Source: a virus
Lineage: Duplodnaviria > Heunggongvirae > Uroviricota > Caudoviricetes
Strand: one strand, 5' to 3'
Virus record (IMG/VR): IMGVR_UViG_3300028805_000076
Location: 72,165-120,399 of that record
DNA length: 48,235 bases
Made by a program: the position numbers and the translations under genes. This document shows, one piece after another, positions 26,243-35,094 of this stretch. Within the stretch, counting starts at the first letter, position 1. The number at the start of each line of letters is the position of its first letter. The notes below the pieces were generated by a model, which worked only from the letters and a program-made list of their open reading frames with translations, was not told the origin of the DNA and did not search any database.

Positions 26243-26953
26243 ATGCAAATTATGTCAAATATAAATATAAAAATAAAGAAGGTTGTCTCCGAAGTATTGA
26301 AAGAGGCAGTAAATGAAACATCAAGGAGGCAAAAAGCTGATGCAGCAATCAATAAAAAAAACCCAAACATTCAAACTTTGGCAATTTTAACAAGTGAGAA
26401 TCCTCGATTTGACTCAAATACTGATGGTAAAAATGTTACAAACGCAGACAGACGAGAGAATTTGGAAAAGGACTTGAAGTTGGGACATTATGCTTGGTTC
26501 CCAGTTAAGGGTCAATATGGAGGTAAGGAAAAATCATATATCATTTACAATATTTCTTTGGAAGACGCTTTGCATTTAGGACGTAAATTTGGACAAGAAT
26601 CAATTATCTTCAATGAAGGTGACAAGTGCCAATATTGGGAACAAAGCGGTGACGGTAATTATGAAATGACTCACGAAAGGGATATTAGTCAAAAAATTGA
26701 TATGACTGATGCGGATGACTACTATACGCAAGTGAGCAGAAAAAATAAATTCCAAATCCCATTCTTCGATGGAAGCGATGAAAATATGGAAGCTATGAAT
26801 GAAAGTATGAAATATGTCAATAAGGTCATTAATTCAAGGGTTAAGAACTTGAATGAGGCCAAAAGACGTATAGATTCGTCTTTAAATGCAGCATCTCCAT
26901 ATAACAGATATTGCAACAGAGGGCAGCTTTATGGAAATAAGTTTCAATGGTAA
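26243..26953 (+). CDS. Putative SAM-lyase-like (T3 SAMase / DUF3293-type fold) protein with head-targeting-like N-terminus
   Basis: AILTSENP...N..RRENLEKDL...VKGQYGGKEKSYII...A..LGRKFGQESII; N-terminus KIKKVVSEVLKEAVNE; TATTTATA at 26226-26233. Confidence 0.5.
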   Translation: MQIMSNINIKIKKVVSEVLKEAVNETSRRQKADAAINKKNPNIQTLAILTSENPRFDSNTDGKNVTNADRRENLEKDLKLGHYAWFPVKGQYGGKEKSYIIYNISLEDALHLGRKFGQESIIFNEGDKCQYWEQSGDGNYEMTHERDISQKIDMTDADDYYTQVSRKNKFQIPFFDGSDENMEAMNESMKYVNKVINSRVKNLNEAKRRIDSSLNAASPYNRYCNRGQLYGNKFQW

Positions 26954-26963
26954 TTAATTTGTT

Positions 26964-27254
26964 ATGGTCAGTTTCTTCAAAATCATTTTATTTGTTGCAT
27001 TGTTTTTTATAATTGAGATTTTATCTGAAAGCATTGCAAAAAATCATTCATTGATAAAGTTTATGAATGACGCGCCTTTAAAGAGAAGGAAATGGTGTCA
27101 ATTTATAATTAATACTATAGTATGCACTATTTTTATGTTTATTACAAAATGGTACGCAGCTTCTGCTGTATGGTATTTTTTGATAATTGTTACTACTGTG
27201 CTATATAAATGGATTGAAAACGACAGATATATTGAAGAGGAATATTACGAATGA
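26964..27254 (+). CDS. Small membrane protein (2-3 TM)
   Basis: Hydrophobic segments IILFVALFFIIEIL, FIINTIVCTIFMFI, AVWYFLIIVTTVLY. Confidence 0.65.
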   Translation: MVSFFKIILFVALFFIIEILSESIAKNHSLIKFMNDAPLKRRKWCQFIINTIVCTIFMFITKWYAASAVWYFLIIVTTVLYKWIENDRYIEEEYYE

Positions 27255-27268
27255 AATTTTAATAATGA

Positions 27269-27306
27269 AAAAATACCGATTTATTGTTGAATCGGTATTT
27301 TTTTTG
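27269..27306 (+). terminator. Intrinsic terminator
   Basis: 13-bp inverted repeat aaaaataccgatt / aatcggtattttt plus T-tract. Confidence 0.85.
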
Positions 27307-27382
27307 TTATTTATATAAAAAATATTTTTTTTCGAAAAAGTATACTATTTATATATAAATTATTACACAACATATTATAATT

Positions 27383-27571
27383 ATGTTAGATAGGTATCCT
27401 ACTTTAGAACAAAAGGGATTCATTTCTGACGAAGTGAATCACAAGATTGCTTATATAAGCAAGAACGTTAGAGGTAAAGAGAGATTTTCACCTCTAGAAT
27501 CTTTTTTTGAAGAAGACAACAAGAGTCAAGTGACAATTGATGTCGCATGCTGTAGATTACACAGACATTAA
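27383..27571 (+). CDS. Hypothetical protein (62 aa); may be a degraded gene
   Basis: ATG after an AT-rich leader; the 3' end overlaps the frame of the next gene and contains a T7 run. Confidence 0.4.
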   Translation: MLDRYPTLEQKGFISDEVNHKIAYISKNVRGKERFSPLESFFEEDNKSQVTIDVACCRLHRH

Positions 27572-27608
27572 TATTTTAAAAGATAAGATAAAAAAATCCA
27601 TACAAACA

Positions 27609-29348
27609 ATGAATAAAAATTTAGATGAACTCAAGAGAATTAAAGAGTTGATGAACTATGGGTTAACTGAAAACAAGAAGCAGTACAGCAGTGTTGAGCA
27701 TAGCAAGGAAGCAGCAGACGGTAAGGTCTACGGAATTGTTAGAGAAGGTACTAAGTACTACATAAAGGTCTCAAAGGATAAGAAGAACCTTATCAAGGAG
27801 AACTTTGATTACATTGGCGGCTTCATGAATCGTAAGAGATATGAATACAACAGTTTCGCTAACGCTTTGAAGCAGTTTGACCTAAAGATGATGTCTATAA
27901 GGGAAGCAAAGGCAAACGGCAAGGACATAATCATCGAGTCTTGGAATCCAGAAAAGAAAGAATTTCTTGCTTTGGAATCAACAAACAAGATGCGTCAAGA
28001 AATTATGCGTCAACGTCAGATAATGGAAAATGCAAAGCTTATCAGCGAAGGTAAGTGCTGCACCAACCAACCATACTGTGATGATGTAAAAGATGTTGAG
28101 GATTGCGAAGGTGTTAAACAGCAAGGCAAGGACAACATTAGCGGAAAAGTTAAACCAAAGAAGGGAAAGGCTATTAAGGAAACAGCCGACAGATTGGCTT
28201 GGCATCATACTGGTCAGAATGCACAAGGTACTATTGCTGACACCTATATGGATAAGAGCCACGGCACAGAAATCGGAGATGGTAAACCATTCAATAAAGC
28301 CAAGAATTCTGAAGAAGAAATGGAAAATGGCGTTGTAGAGGAACACAACACTTCTATGGCCTATGCATCAGACAATCAAAATAACCCAGAACCAGGAACT
28401 GGTCCTATTGGAAAGGATGACCCATTCGACAAGAAGGGTGCAACACAAATCAAGGAGGATATTGATGATTTGGATGATTCATCTGTAATTGATGATGAAG
28501 ATTACGGTGGAGGCTTTAACGATGACGGTAATTTTGGTGATGATGGTTCAACATATGACGCTGAATACGATGACCAATCTATGGAAGGTGATGAGTTGGG
28601 TGATGACAGTATGATGGAAGTCGATGATGACGAACCATACGAAGATGATTCAACAGAATATGAACTTGAAACCGATGGAGGCGCTGATGATTTGGATACA
28701 TATGATGATTTGAATTCAGATGCTGATTTAGGTGGAGAAGGCGGTGACGTTGAGTCAAGATTGTCTTCGATTGAATCAACACTTAACACGATATTGGATA
28801 AGTTGGATAACATTGACAGTTCTGAATTCGAAGATGATGACTTGTATCCAGAAGATGGAGAAGATGATGACCTTGGAGGCGATGATTTCGATGATGATTC
28901 TGATGAAGATGATGACCTTGGAGGTGATGATTTCGGTGATGGAGAAGGTGATGACCTTGGAGGTGATGATTTCGGTAACGGAGAAGGTGATGACCTTGGA
29001 GGCGATGATTTCAGTAATGGAGAAGGTGATGACCTTGGAGGTGATGATTCTGATGAAGATGATGATAGTGTAGTTTACGAATCAAGGTCATACAGAAAGA
29101 TGAGACTCGCTGAAGAAAACAGACTTGATGATTTCGGAAAGCATCCAGCTTATAGAAAAGAACCAATGAAACGTCCAGAAACTGGTGTTGATAAGAACTC
29201 TCACGGTAGGGATTGGAATCACAGCAGTGTTCACAGTGAAGAACCTTATGGTCAAAAAATTGGTGATGGTTCTCCATTCAGCGTAAACCCAGAAGAAATC
29301 GAAAATGCTATTGTTGAAAGTGTTATGAAGCTATTAAAAAAAAAGTAA
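27609..29348 (+). CDS. Acidic, largely disordered protein (579 aa), candidate prohead core/scaffold or internal head protein
   Basis: ATG27609 MNKNLDELKRIKELMNYG after acaaaca; very D/E/G-rich; multiple (I/L/V)xE motifs; ends LLKKK at an A9 run. Confidence 0.7.
   Translation: MNKNLDELKRIKELMNYGLTENKKQYSSVEHSKEAADGKVYGIVREGTKYYIKVSKDKKNLIKENFDYIGGFMNRKRYEYNSFANALKQFDLKMMSIREAKANGKDIIIESWNPEKKEFLALESTNKMRQEIMRQRQIMENAKLISEGKCCTNQPYCDDVKDVEDCEGVKQQGKDNISGKVKPKKGKAIKETADRLAWHHTGQNAQGTIADTYMDKSHGTEIGDGKPFNKAKNSEEEMENGVVEEHNTSMAYASDNQNNPEPGTGPIGKDDPFDKKGATQIKEDIDDLDDSSVIDDEDYGGGFNDDGNFGDDGSTYDAEYDDQSMEGDELGDDSMMEVDDDEPYEDDSTEYELETDGGADDLDTYDDLNSDADLGGEGGDVESRLSSIESTLNTILDKLDNIDSSEFEDDDLYPEDGEDDDLGGDDFDDDSDEDDDLGGDDFGDGEGDDLGGDDFGNGEGDDLGGDDFSNGEGDDLGGDDSDEDDDSVVYESRSYRKMRLAEENRLDDFGKHPAYRKEPMKRPETGVDKNSHGRDWNHSSVHSEEPYGQKIGDGSPFSVNPEEIENAIVESVMKLLKKK
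28866..29066 (+). repeat. Five-copy coding tandem repeat (DDLGGDDF...), 39-45 nt period
   Basis: gatgaccttggagg(c/t)gatgatt starts at 28866, 28911, 28950, 28989 and 29028. Confidence 0.9.
29339..29345 (+). other. Putative -1 programmed ribosomal frameshift heptamer A AAA AAG
   Basis: The heptamer is in the correct phase directly before TAA 29346-29348. The -1 frame is open from 29318 to 29923. Confidence 0.7.
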
Positions 29349-29923
29349 TATCTGAAAAGCACGTTTTAAAAGTACCTAATAAGGGTGGTGATGACGATAT
29401 GTCTTTGGATGATAATATGCCAGAACCACAAAATGATGAACCAATGGGCGGTGACGATTTTGGTAACGAACCTCCAATGGGTGGCGAAGAGCCAATGGGT
29501 AGTGAACCAGATATGAATGATGATTTCGGAGATGGTGATGATTTTGGAGGTGGCGAAGAAGGTGATGAATCTACAGAACATTTAATTAGTATGTATAAGT
29601 CTTTAACACCACAAGACAAAGTTGCTGCCGAACGTTACATACAATCATTGACTGCCGATGACGGTGGTGATGAAAAATCTGAAGAACCATTTGATGATGA
29701 GCCAATGGGTGGGGAAGAACCACCAATGATGGACGATGATGGCGGCTTTGGCGATGAAGGTAGTAACGAACCTCCAATGGGAGGAAACCCAATGAGGGAA
29801 TCATTTGTTAGGGAAATTGTAAACAATCCAACAATGACAAAGAGGCAAGGACGAAGAGATTACAGAAAGGTTGGTGATGATGTACCAAAAAAAGGAAACC
29901 CTTTTGTATCAAATCGTAGATAA
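29345..29923 (+). CDS. Acidic Gly/Pro/Met-rich ORF, probably the frameshifted C-terminal extension of 27609-29348 (independent ATG possible at 29399)
   Basis: The -1 frame reads VISEKHVLKVPNKGGDDD-MSLDD...; EPPMGG repeats; C-terminal MRESFVREIVN. Confidence 0.7.
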   Translation, partial: VISEKHVLKVPNKGGDDDMSLDDNMPEPQNDEPMGGDDFGNEPPMGGEEPMGSEPDMNDDFGDGDDFGGGEEGDESTEHLISMYKSLTPQDKVAAERYIQSLTADDGGDEKSEEPFDDEPMGGEEPPMMDDDGGFGDEGSNEPPMGGNPMRESFVREIVNNPTMTKRQGRRDYRKVGDDVPKKGNPFVSNRR

Positions 29924-29929
29924 TACAAT

Positions 29930-29965
29930 AAAATACAGAAAGCGATTGTTTTCTGTATTTTTTTT
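29930..29965 (+). terminator. Intrinsic terminator
   Basis: aaaatacagaaa / tttctgtatttt 12-bp stem plus T-tract. Confidence 0.8.
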
Positions 29966-30003
29966 GCCTTAAAACTATTTATTAATAAAATGTAATTCGA
30001 CAC

Positions 30004-30411
30004 ATGAAGGTTTATGGAAAAAAGTCATTGTCGTTAAAGGAAATGACATACAAGAAGAAGAATGTAATCCTTAAGGAGGATGATACTGTATATACCAATG
30101 ATGTAAGTGGAATGGCTAAATCTTTGAATAGGGATGGCGATGTCACTATCACTAATCAAACACCTAGAAAGACGATTGATGTTAATATATTAACAAAAAA
30201 CAATAATGTAACCCCACAAGACATTCAATCTTCAGACGAGCTTCAATCTGCACTAACTGTAGCCAAGAATCAACCAGTAGATGTGGAAGTGAATGCTCAA
30301 AAAGTTAACGGAACTGTCACACCAATCGGTAATAGAACACAAAGTACAGCACTTGCTGAAGGTTTTAAGTTTACAAAACGAGAAATGAGTAGTTATTTAA
30401 ACAAGTTATAA
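30004..30411 (+). CDS. Hypothetical protein, probable head-associated
   Basis: LSLKE, VILKED and LAEG motifs; TATTTATT at 29976-29983. Confidence 0.65.
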   Translation: MKVYGKKSLSLKEMTYKKKNVILKEDDTVYTNDVSGMAKSLNRDGDVTITNQTPRKTIDVNILTKNNNVTPQDIQSSDELQSALTVAKNQPVDVEVNAQKVNGTVTPIGNRTQSTALAEGFKFTKREMSSYLNKL

Positions 30412-30415
30412 AAAT

Positions 30416-31621
30416 ATGAAAATTATTGTCACAGAAGACTCTTTGGTACGTAACGCATATGAAATGAAGAACAATGAATACGTGTTGCCAAATGTGCTGT
30501 ACAACAACTTGAAACGGCACAAGACAAGTTTAGGTGACAATCCTTGTTTTCCAGAAGAAACAAAATATCCTTTTGATTATATAATCATCAAGGATAGGTA
30601 CACAGAGGTTATTGACAAGTTTAAAACGTTGGGTGAAGAAGTTAATGGCAAGTCTTTGGATGAGATAAAAACGTTATGTAACAGACTGATACACGAGTGT
30701 ATGGAAATTGAAAGAAAACACAGAGATTTCCTAAACAAGTTATGCGTAAGTGTTGTAAATGAGATATTGTGTGTACCAGAAAACACAGTAATAATCAAAT
30801 GTAATTTGGTAGATTCAGTAAAACCAACCAAACAGCCAAGAGTTATACCAGAAGATGATGTAAAAAACGTGTACTCTTTTGATGATGTAGATGATATAAA
30901 GAATTCAAATTACGAGATTCTTAAGAGAAGGGTTATTAATTCTATAATACAAGGTGCATCATATAAGTTGTCTTTAAAATACCAAATGTTCGTTGATGAA
31001 ATAAACAACATAGAACCAGAGCTTATAGAACTATATAAAAAGATAACAATTTTGGGCGATTATATATTGTTCAATGAGGAAGCTAAAATAGACGAACGAA
31101 ATTTAAGCCTTGGGGCTTACGTTTCTGTGTCTTTGGGAACGTTTGGCAAGAAAACAATCATAGATTCACAAGCACTTATATTTCCTTATCTGCTTAAGGA
31201 AACTATTCGAGGATTTTTTGAACTGTTTGCTTCTCACAGTCTACCAGAAGACAACGAAAAAGCAATGTATATCATACGGCATGCGGATTTTATGGTTGCA
31301 GAATCTTGGGATTTGAGGTTTGGAGTTAAACTGTGGGAGATATTAAGCCAAAAACTTCAAGATGAATTGATTATACCTTATTTCTTTATGACTTTGTGCA
31401 ATTTACCAAAAATTGAGTTTATGAGGAAGATGAAGGAAATATTATCAAATACAAAATTAGGCGAGTCAATCATTGATGACCTTATTCTAGCTAGCAAGAA
31501 GCAAATAACATATAACAAGCTGCCTAGTAATACTACGCCAAAAGACAGTTTTAAGGCTATCATATCAGATGAAGTTGAAGAAGATGACTTTACTATAGAA
31601 GAATTGAAGAATTTGAATTAA
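30416..31621 (+). CDS. Hypothetical protein next to the terminase gene
   Basis: 401-aa ORF starting MKIIVTE; no recognisable catalytic motif. Confidence 0.7.
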   Translation: MKIIVTEDSLVRNAYEMKNNEYVLPNVLYNNLKRHKTSLGDNPCFPEETKYPFDYIIIKDRYTEVIDKFKTLGEEVNGKSLDEIKTLCNRLIHECMEIERKHRDFLNKLCVSVVNEILCVPENTVIIKCNLVDSVKPTKQPRVIPEDDVKNVYSFDDVDDIKNSNYEILKRRVINSIIQGASYKLSLKYQMFVDEINNIEPELIELYKKITILGDYILFNEEAKIDERNLSLGAYVSVSLGTFGKKTIIDSQALIFPYLLKETIRGFFELFASHSLPEDNEKAMYIIRHADFMVAESWDLRFGVKLWEILSQKLQDELIIPYFFMTLCNLPKIEFMRKMKEILSNTKLGESIIDDLILASKKQITYNKLPSNTTPKDSFKAIISDEVEEDDFTIEELKNLN

Positions 31622-31624
31622 ACT

Positions 31625-31657
31625 AAGGGGGTGGATTTTTGTCTATCTCCCTTTTTT
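31625..31657 (+). terminator. Probable intrinsic terminator
   Basis: G-rich / C-rich imperfect stem aagggggtgga / tctatctccctt followed by a T-tract. Confidence 0.55.
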
Positions 31658-31742
31658 ATTATATTTTAAATATTTATAATAAAATAATTTCTTCTGGTTT
31701 TTATTTTTTTTTTTATATATAATAATTAAAAATTATAATAAT

Positions 31743-33629
31743 ATGCTTGATGTAAAACATTTAACTACAGAATATGCGAAATGCTATTCAGACCCATCTC
31801 GAATATACTTTATAGAACATTATCTTTCTACACTATTCGGTGACAAGGGACTGCAACCATTGCTGTTGTTTCCAAGACAAAAGGTATTTTTGCATTCACT
31901 TGCTGAAAATAAGGAAACAATAGCTATTAAACACCGTCAAGCTGGTATTACAACAATTACAGCTGGTTGGGCTTGCGGACAAATCACATTTGCCTCAAAA
32001 CAAGCACCAGAAACTATATTGTGTATTGGTAATAAACTTGATTTGGCGAATCAAATGGTTGAAAAAATAAGAATGTTCTTGGAGCAAGTTCCAAGATGGA
32101 TGTGGGGCAACGATTTTTATTCACCAGACCCAAAATCGGAAAAGAACAAAAGGGATATTTTCGTGAAATGCTCTAAGTCAGAACTTGAATTGTTCAATGG
32201 CTGTAAGGTTTATGCAAGGTCTTCTGGCCCAAATGCTGCACGTGGTATTTCGTCTGTTTCTTTATTGGTATTTGACGAAGCCGCGTTCATCGAAAACGGA
32301 ATTTCAGTTTATGGTGCTGCCGTAGCCGCAACATCTGCAAGACCAGATAGAAAAATTGTGATGATTTCCACACCAAATGGCAAGGACTCTTTGTACTTTA
32401 ACACGTATAAGCAAGCTCAATTGAAGGAAAACAATTATAATGCTGTTGAATTCAAATGGTTTCAAGACCCAAGATATAACAAGTTCTTGAAATGGTACAG
32501 AAAGAATGAAAAAACTGGTGATTATGATTGGATTGAGGAAGATATAATTGACAATGACGGTTCAATTGTCTATAATGAGCAAAGATGGGAAGAGCTTGTC
32601 AGAAAAGGATATACTCCAACATCTCCTTGGTACATATCAATGTGCAAGGCTTTCAATAACGACACGATGATGATAGCCCAAGAGCTTGATGGCTCGTTTA
32701 TGGGTTCTGCAAACAACGTTGTTTCGCCAGAATATATTGATATGCAAAGCAATTTGAATGTAAGAGAGCCTCTTAAGGATTTTAAAGACCCTCTTGTAGA
32801 AGATTCTTGGTTTTGGAAGAAACCAATTGAAGGACATAGATATATTATGGGAATTGACCCGTCAAGAGGTACTAGCGAGGATAGAACTGCAATTGAAATC
32901 ATAGATATTGACGGTAGAGATGAGAACGGTATGCCTATTATTGAACAAGTTATGGAATACTTGGGTAAAAAGCTAGGAGACGATATTGGCGGTATTGCTT
33001 ATCAGTATGCTGTAATGTATAATAACGCATATATTGTAGTGGACTGTACTGGTGGACAAGGTGATAGTTGCATCTTAACGCTTATGCAGCTTGGATACAA
33101 GAATTTCTACTTCGAGGATGCATCACAAAAGACATATATGGTACAGAATTCATCCAAGATTTATATGAAAACAAATCAAGACCAACTACCAGGCTTCCAT
33201 TTCCAAGGAAATAGATACCCAGTACTTGCCAATTTTGCAACAATGGTTAGAAGTAATGAGATAAAAATTAGGTCACAAAGGGTTATTGCAGAACTTGAAA
33301 CGTGGATTTTCAAGGGTGAGACGCAAAGAATTGACCATATGGACGGTATGCACGATGATACACTGACTTGCTTGGCTATGTCGCTGTTCGTGCTTACGTT
33401 CTCGTTCAACAAACTTGAGTCTGCAAAGAGCAAGGATGCCGCAATATTGAATGCATATATTATGAACAACGCAAATATATATACAACCAATCAAGCGAAT
33501 GTGGCAAGCTTGTCTATGACACCATCCAATGGCTTGAGGATGCCTTTTTATTCATCAAATAATTTAAACAAAAACAATAATTCTGCTTGTTATGGCTCTT
33601 GTTTGTGGGTTTTTGGTATAATGCATTAA
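31743..33629 (+). CDS. terL: Terminase large subunit (T4 gp17-like)
   Basis: Walker A region KHRQAGITT, Walker B LLVFDEAAFI, motif C ISTPNG, nuclease MGIDPSRG and HDDTL. No intein. Confidence 0.95.
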   Translation: MLDVKHLTTEYAKCYSDPSRIYFIEHYLSTLFGDKGLQPLLLFPRQKVFLHSLAENKETIAIKHRQAGITTITAGWACGQITFASKQAPETILCIGNKLDLANQMVEKIRMFLEQVPRWMWGNDFYSPDPKSEKNKRDIFVKCSKSELELFNGCKVYARSSGPNAARGISSVSLLVFDEAAFIENGISVYGAAVAATSARPDRKIVMISTPNGKDSLYFNTYKQAQLKENNYNAVEFKWFQDPRYNKFLKWYRKNEKTGDYDWIEEDIIDNDGSIVYNEQRWEELVRKGYTPTSPWYISMCKAFNNDTMMIAQELDGSFMGSANNVVSPEYIDMQSNLNVREPLKDFKDPLVEDSWFWKKPIEGHRYIMGIDPSRGTSEDRTAIEIIDIDGRDENGMPIIEQVMEYLGKKLGDDIGGIAYQYAVMYNNAYIVVDCTGGQGDSCILTLMQLGYKNFYFEDASQKTYMVQNSSKIYMKTNQDQLPGFHFQGNRYPVLANFATMVRSNEIKIRSQRVIAELETWIFKGETQRIDHMDGMHDDTLTCLAMSLFVLTFSFNKLESAKSKDAAILNAYIMNNANIYTTNQANVASLSMTPSNGLRMPFYSSNNLNKNNNSACYGSCLWVFGIMH

Positions 33630-33690
33630 AAAATACCGAAAAAATTTGGTTTATTCATTTTTTTCTTTTATTTTTTAAATAAAAGAAGAT

Positions 33691-34128
33691 ATGAATAGAT
33701 TGACAAAAGAGTATAAATTAAATGAAATTGATAATTTTGACTTAAAAATTGGAACAGTAAACAGATTTAATCCAACAGCTTTCTACATAATAGGGAAAAC
33801 GTGGATTAAACCTACGGAAGAAATGAAATATTGTGAAATTTTCAATTGTTGTTGGTATAACTTTAAGAAAAAAGTTTCCAAAATGATTGCAAAGCACAAT
33901 TTTTCACAGAAGCATCTAATAAACTATGATGTAAATTTTCAGTCTATGTCCCCAAATTCGACTAATTATCTTTGTTTTGACATAACAATGAAGCAAATAA
34001 ATGATATTATACCTATTAAGGAAATATATGATATAATGTTTGATGATATTGTTGAGATAATTGGTGAATTTCAAAAGGATTTGATTCAAAATAATTTTAA
34101 TGTAAACAAAAAACAGACAGTACATTAA
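33691..34128 (+). CDS. Hypothetical protein (145 aa)
   Basis: Intact ORF with normal codon usage, ending inside a terminator hairpin. Confidence 0.65.
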   Translation: MNRLTKEYKLNEIDNFDLKIGTVNRFNPTAFYIIGKTWIKPTEEMKYCEIFNCCWYNFKKKVSKMIAKHNFSQKHLINYDVNFQSMSPNSTNYLCFDITMKQINDIIPIKEIYDIMFDDIVEIIGEFQKDLIQNNFNVNKKQTVH

Positions 34129-34146
34129 ATACTGTCTGTTTTTTTT
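34108..34146. terminator. Bidirectional intrinsic terminator
   Basis: 15-bp inverted repeat aaaaaacagacagta / tactgtctgtttttt between convergent genes. Confidence 0.9.
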
Positions 34147-34147
34147 A

Positions 34148-35068
34148 TTACTTTTCAAGTAAAACCTCTCTCAAACTCATAAACTTTGCACAATCTTCAA
34201 TGAAAGTACCTTCGTTAAATGTCTTTGTTTTGATATTCTCATTAATATGAGTCAAATCCAAATCTTCTTGTTCATTTTTGTTCTCACGAATCAAACATTC
34301 AACACCTTTCAAGCATTCTGATTTCATTTCATTGAAAATCTGCTCCTTCCTTGCCTTTGAAGTCTTTTCGCTTACTATTTCTGAGAATAAATTTCTTTCC
34401 TCGTTGTTCAGCAAGCCATAATACTTGTTGTCAAATTCTCTCATTACAGCATCAGCATTAAATTTTGTCTCATTTACACTATTCTTATGCTGTTTAACAT
34501 ATTCATTGAGAGTATTCAAGCTTTTTTTATACTCATTTAGGTTAGTAATCTTCTTTTTGTGTGACATCAAGTAGTCACAGCTTTCAAACATACGAGTTTT
34601 TTCATCTGAAAATTTACTTTCTGGTAAAATACCGTATTTTCTAACCAATTTTATAAGTTTATTGTTTGATTCCTTGATTGTTTTCAAGTCGATGTTTGGT
34701 AACACAAGCTGTATGGCCTCGTTGATGTAGCTAATAGTATCATCAGAACTGCATTTGTTGATACTATTGTAGAATGATAACTGCGCCTTCAAGTTATTAT
34801 CCTCCATAATGGTCTGCATAATCTCTCTAACAGCTTTTGTATTCTCCTTAACTAATCTTGGAAGCGAATCTTGGATTGCTTCATTGCAAGAAGAGAAGCC
34901 ATTGCACGAATACATCTTGTCTGCTTCAGTTTTGTATTGGTTGTAAGCCTCATCAGAAAGAGCTTTGAGTTGTTCGACACGTCCAACATCTCCACTATTC
35001 ATTGCTTCTACCATTTGCTGTGTGTATTGCTGCCACTCTTGTATGTGTGGATTTACATAATCTTCCAT
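34148..35068 (-). CDS. Hypothetical alpha-helical protein co-transcribed with portal
   Basis: 306-aa ORF 26 nt downstream of the portal stop. Confidence 0.7.
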   Translation of the reverse strand: MEDYVNPHIQEWQQYTQQMVEAMNSGDVGRVEQLKALSDEAYNQYKTEADKMYSCNGFSSCNEAIQDSLPRLVKENTKAVREIMQTIMEDNNLKAQLSFYNSINKCSSDDTISYINEAIQLVLPNIDLKTIKESNNKLIKLVRKYGILPESKFSDEKTRMFESCDYLMSHKKKITNLNEYKKSLNTLNEYVKQHKNSVNETKFNADAVMREFDNKYYGLLNNEERNLFSEIVSEKTSKARKEQIFNEMKSECLKGVECLIRENKNEQEDLDLTHINENIKTKTFNEGTFIEDCAKFMSLREVLLEK

Positions 35069-35094
35069 TATTGTTCTAAAAATATTTTTTTAAG

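Noticed and set aside
27497-27545. Second programmed frameshift at T TTT TTT linking the 62-aa ORF to the acidic gene
   Set aside because: The -1 frame hits TGA at 27508 immediately and the +1 frame stops at TGA 27531. A decayed gene or sequencing error is possible but unsupported.
28866-29066. CRISPR-like array
   Set aside because: The repeats are in-frame codon repeats without unique spacers.
31743-33629. Intein or intron in terminase
   Set aside because: ATPase and nuclease motifs are contiguous, with no Hint blocks.
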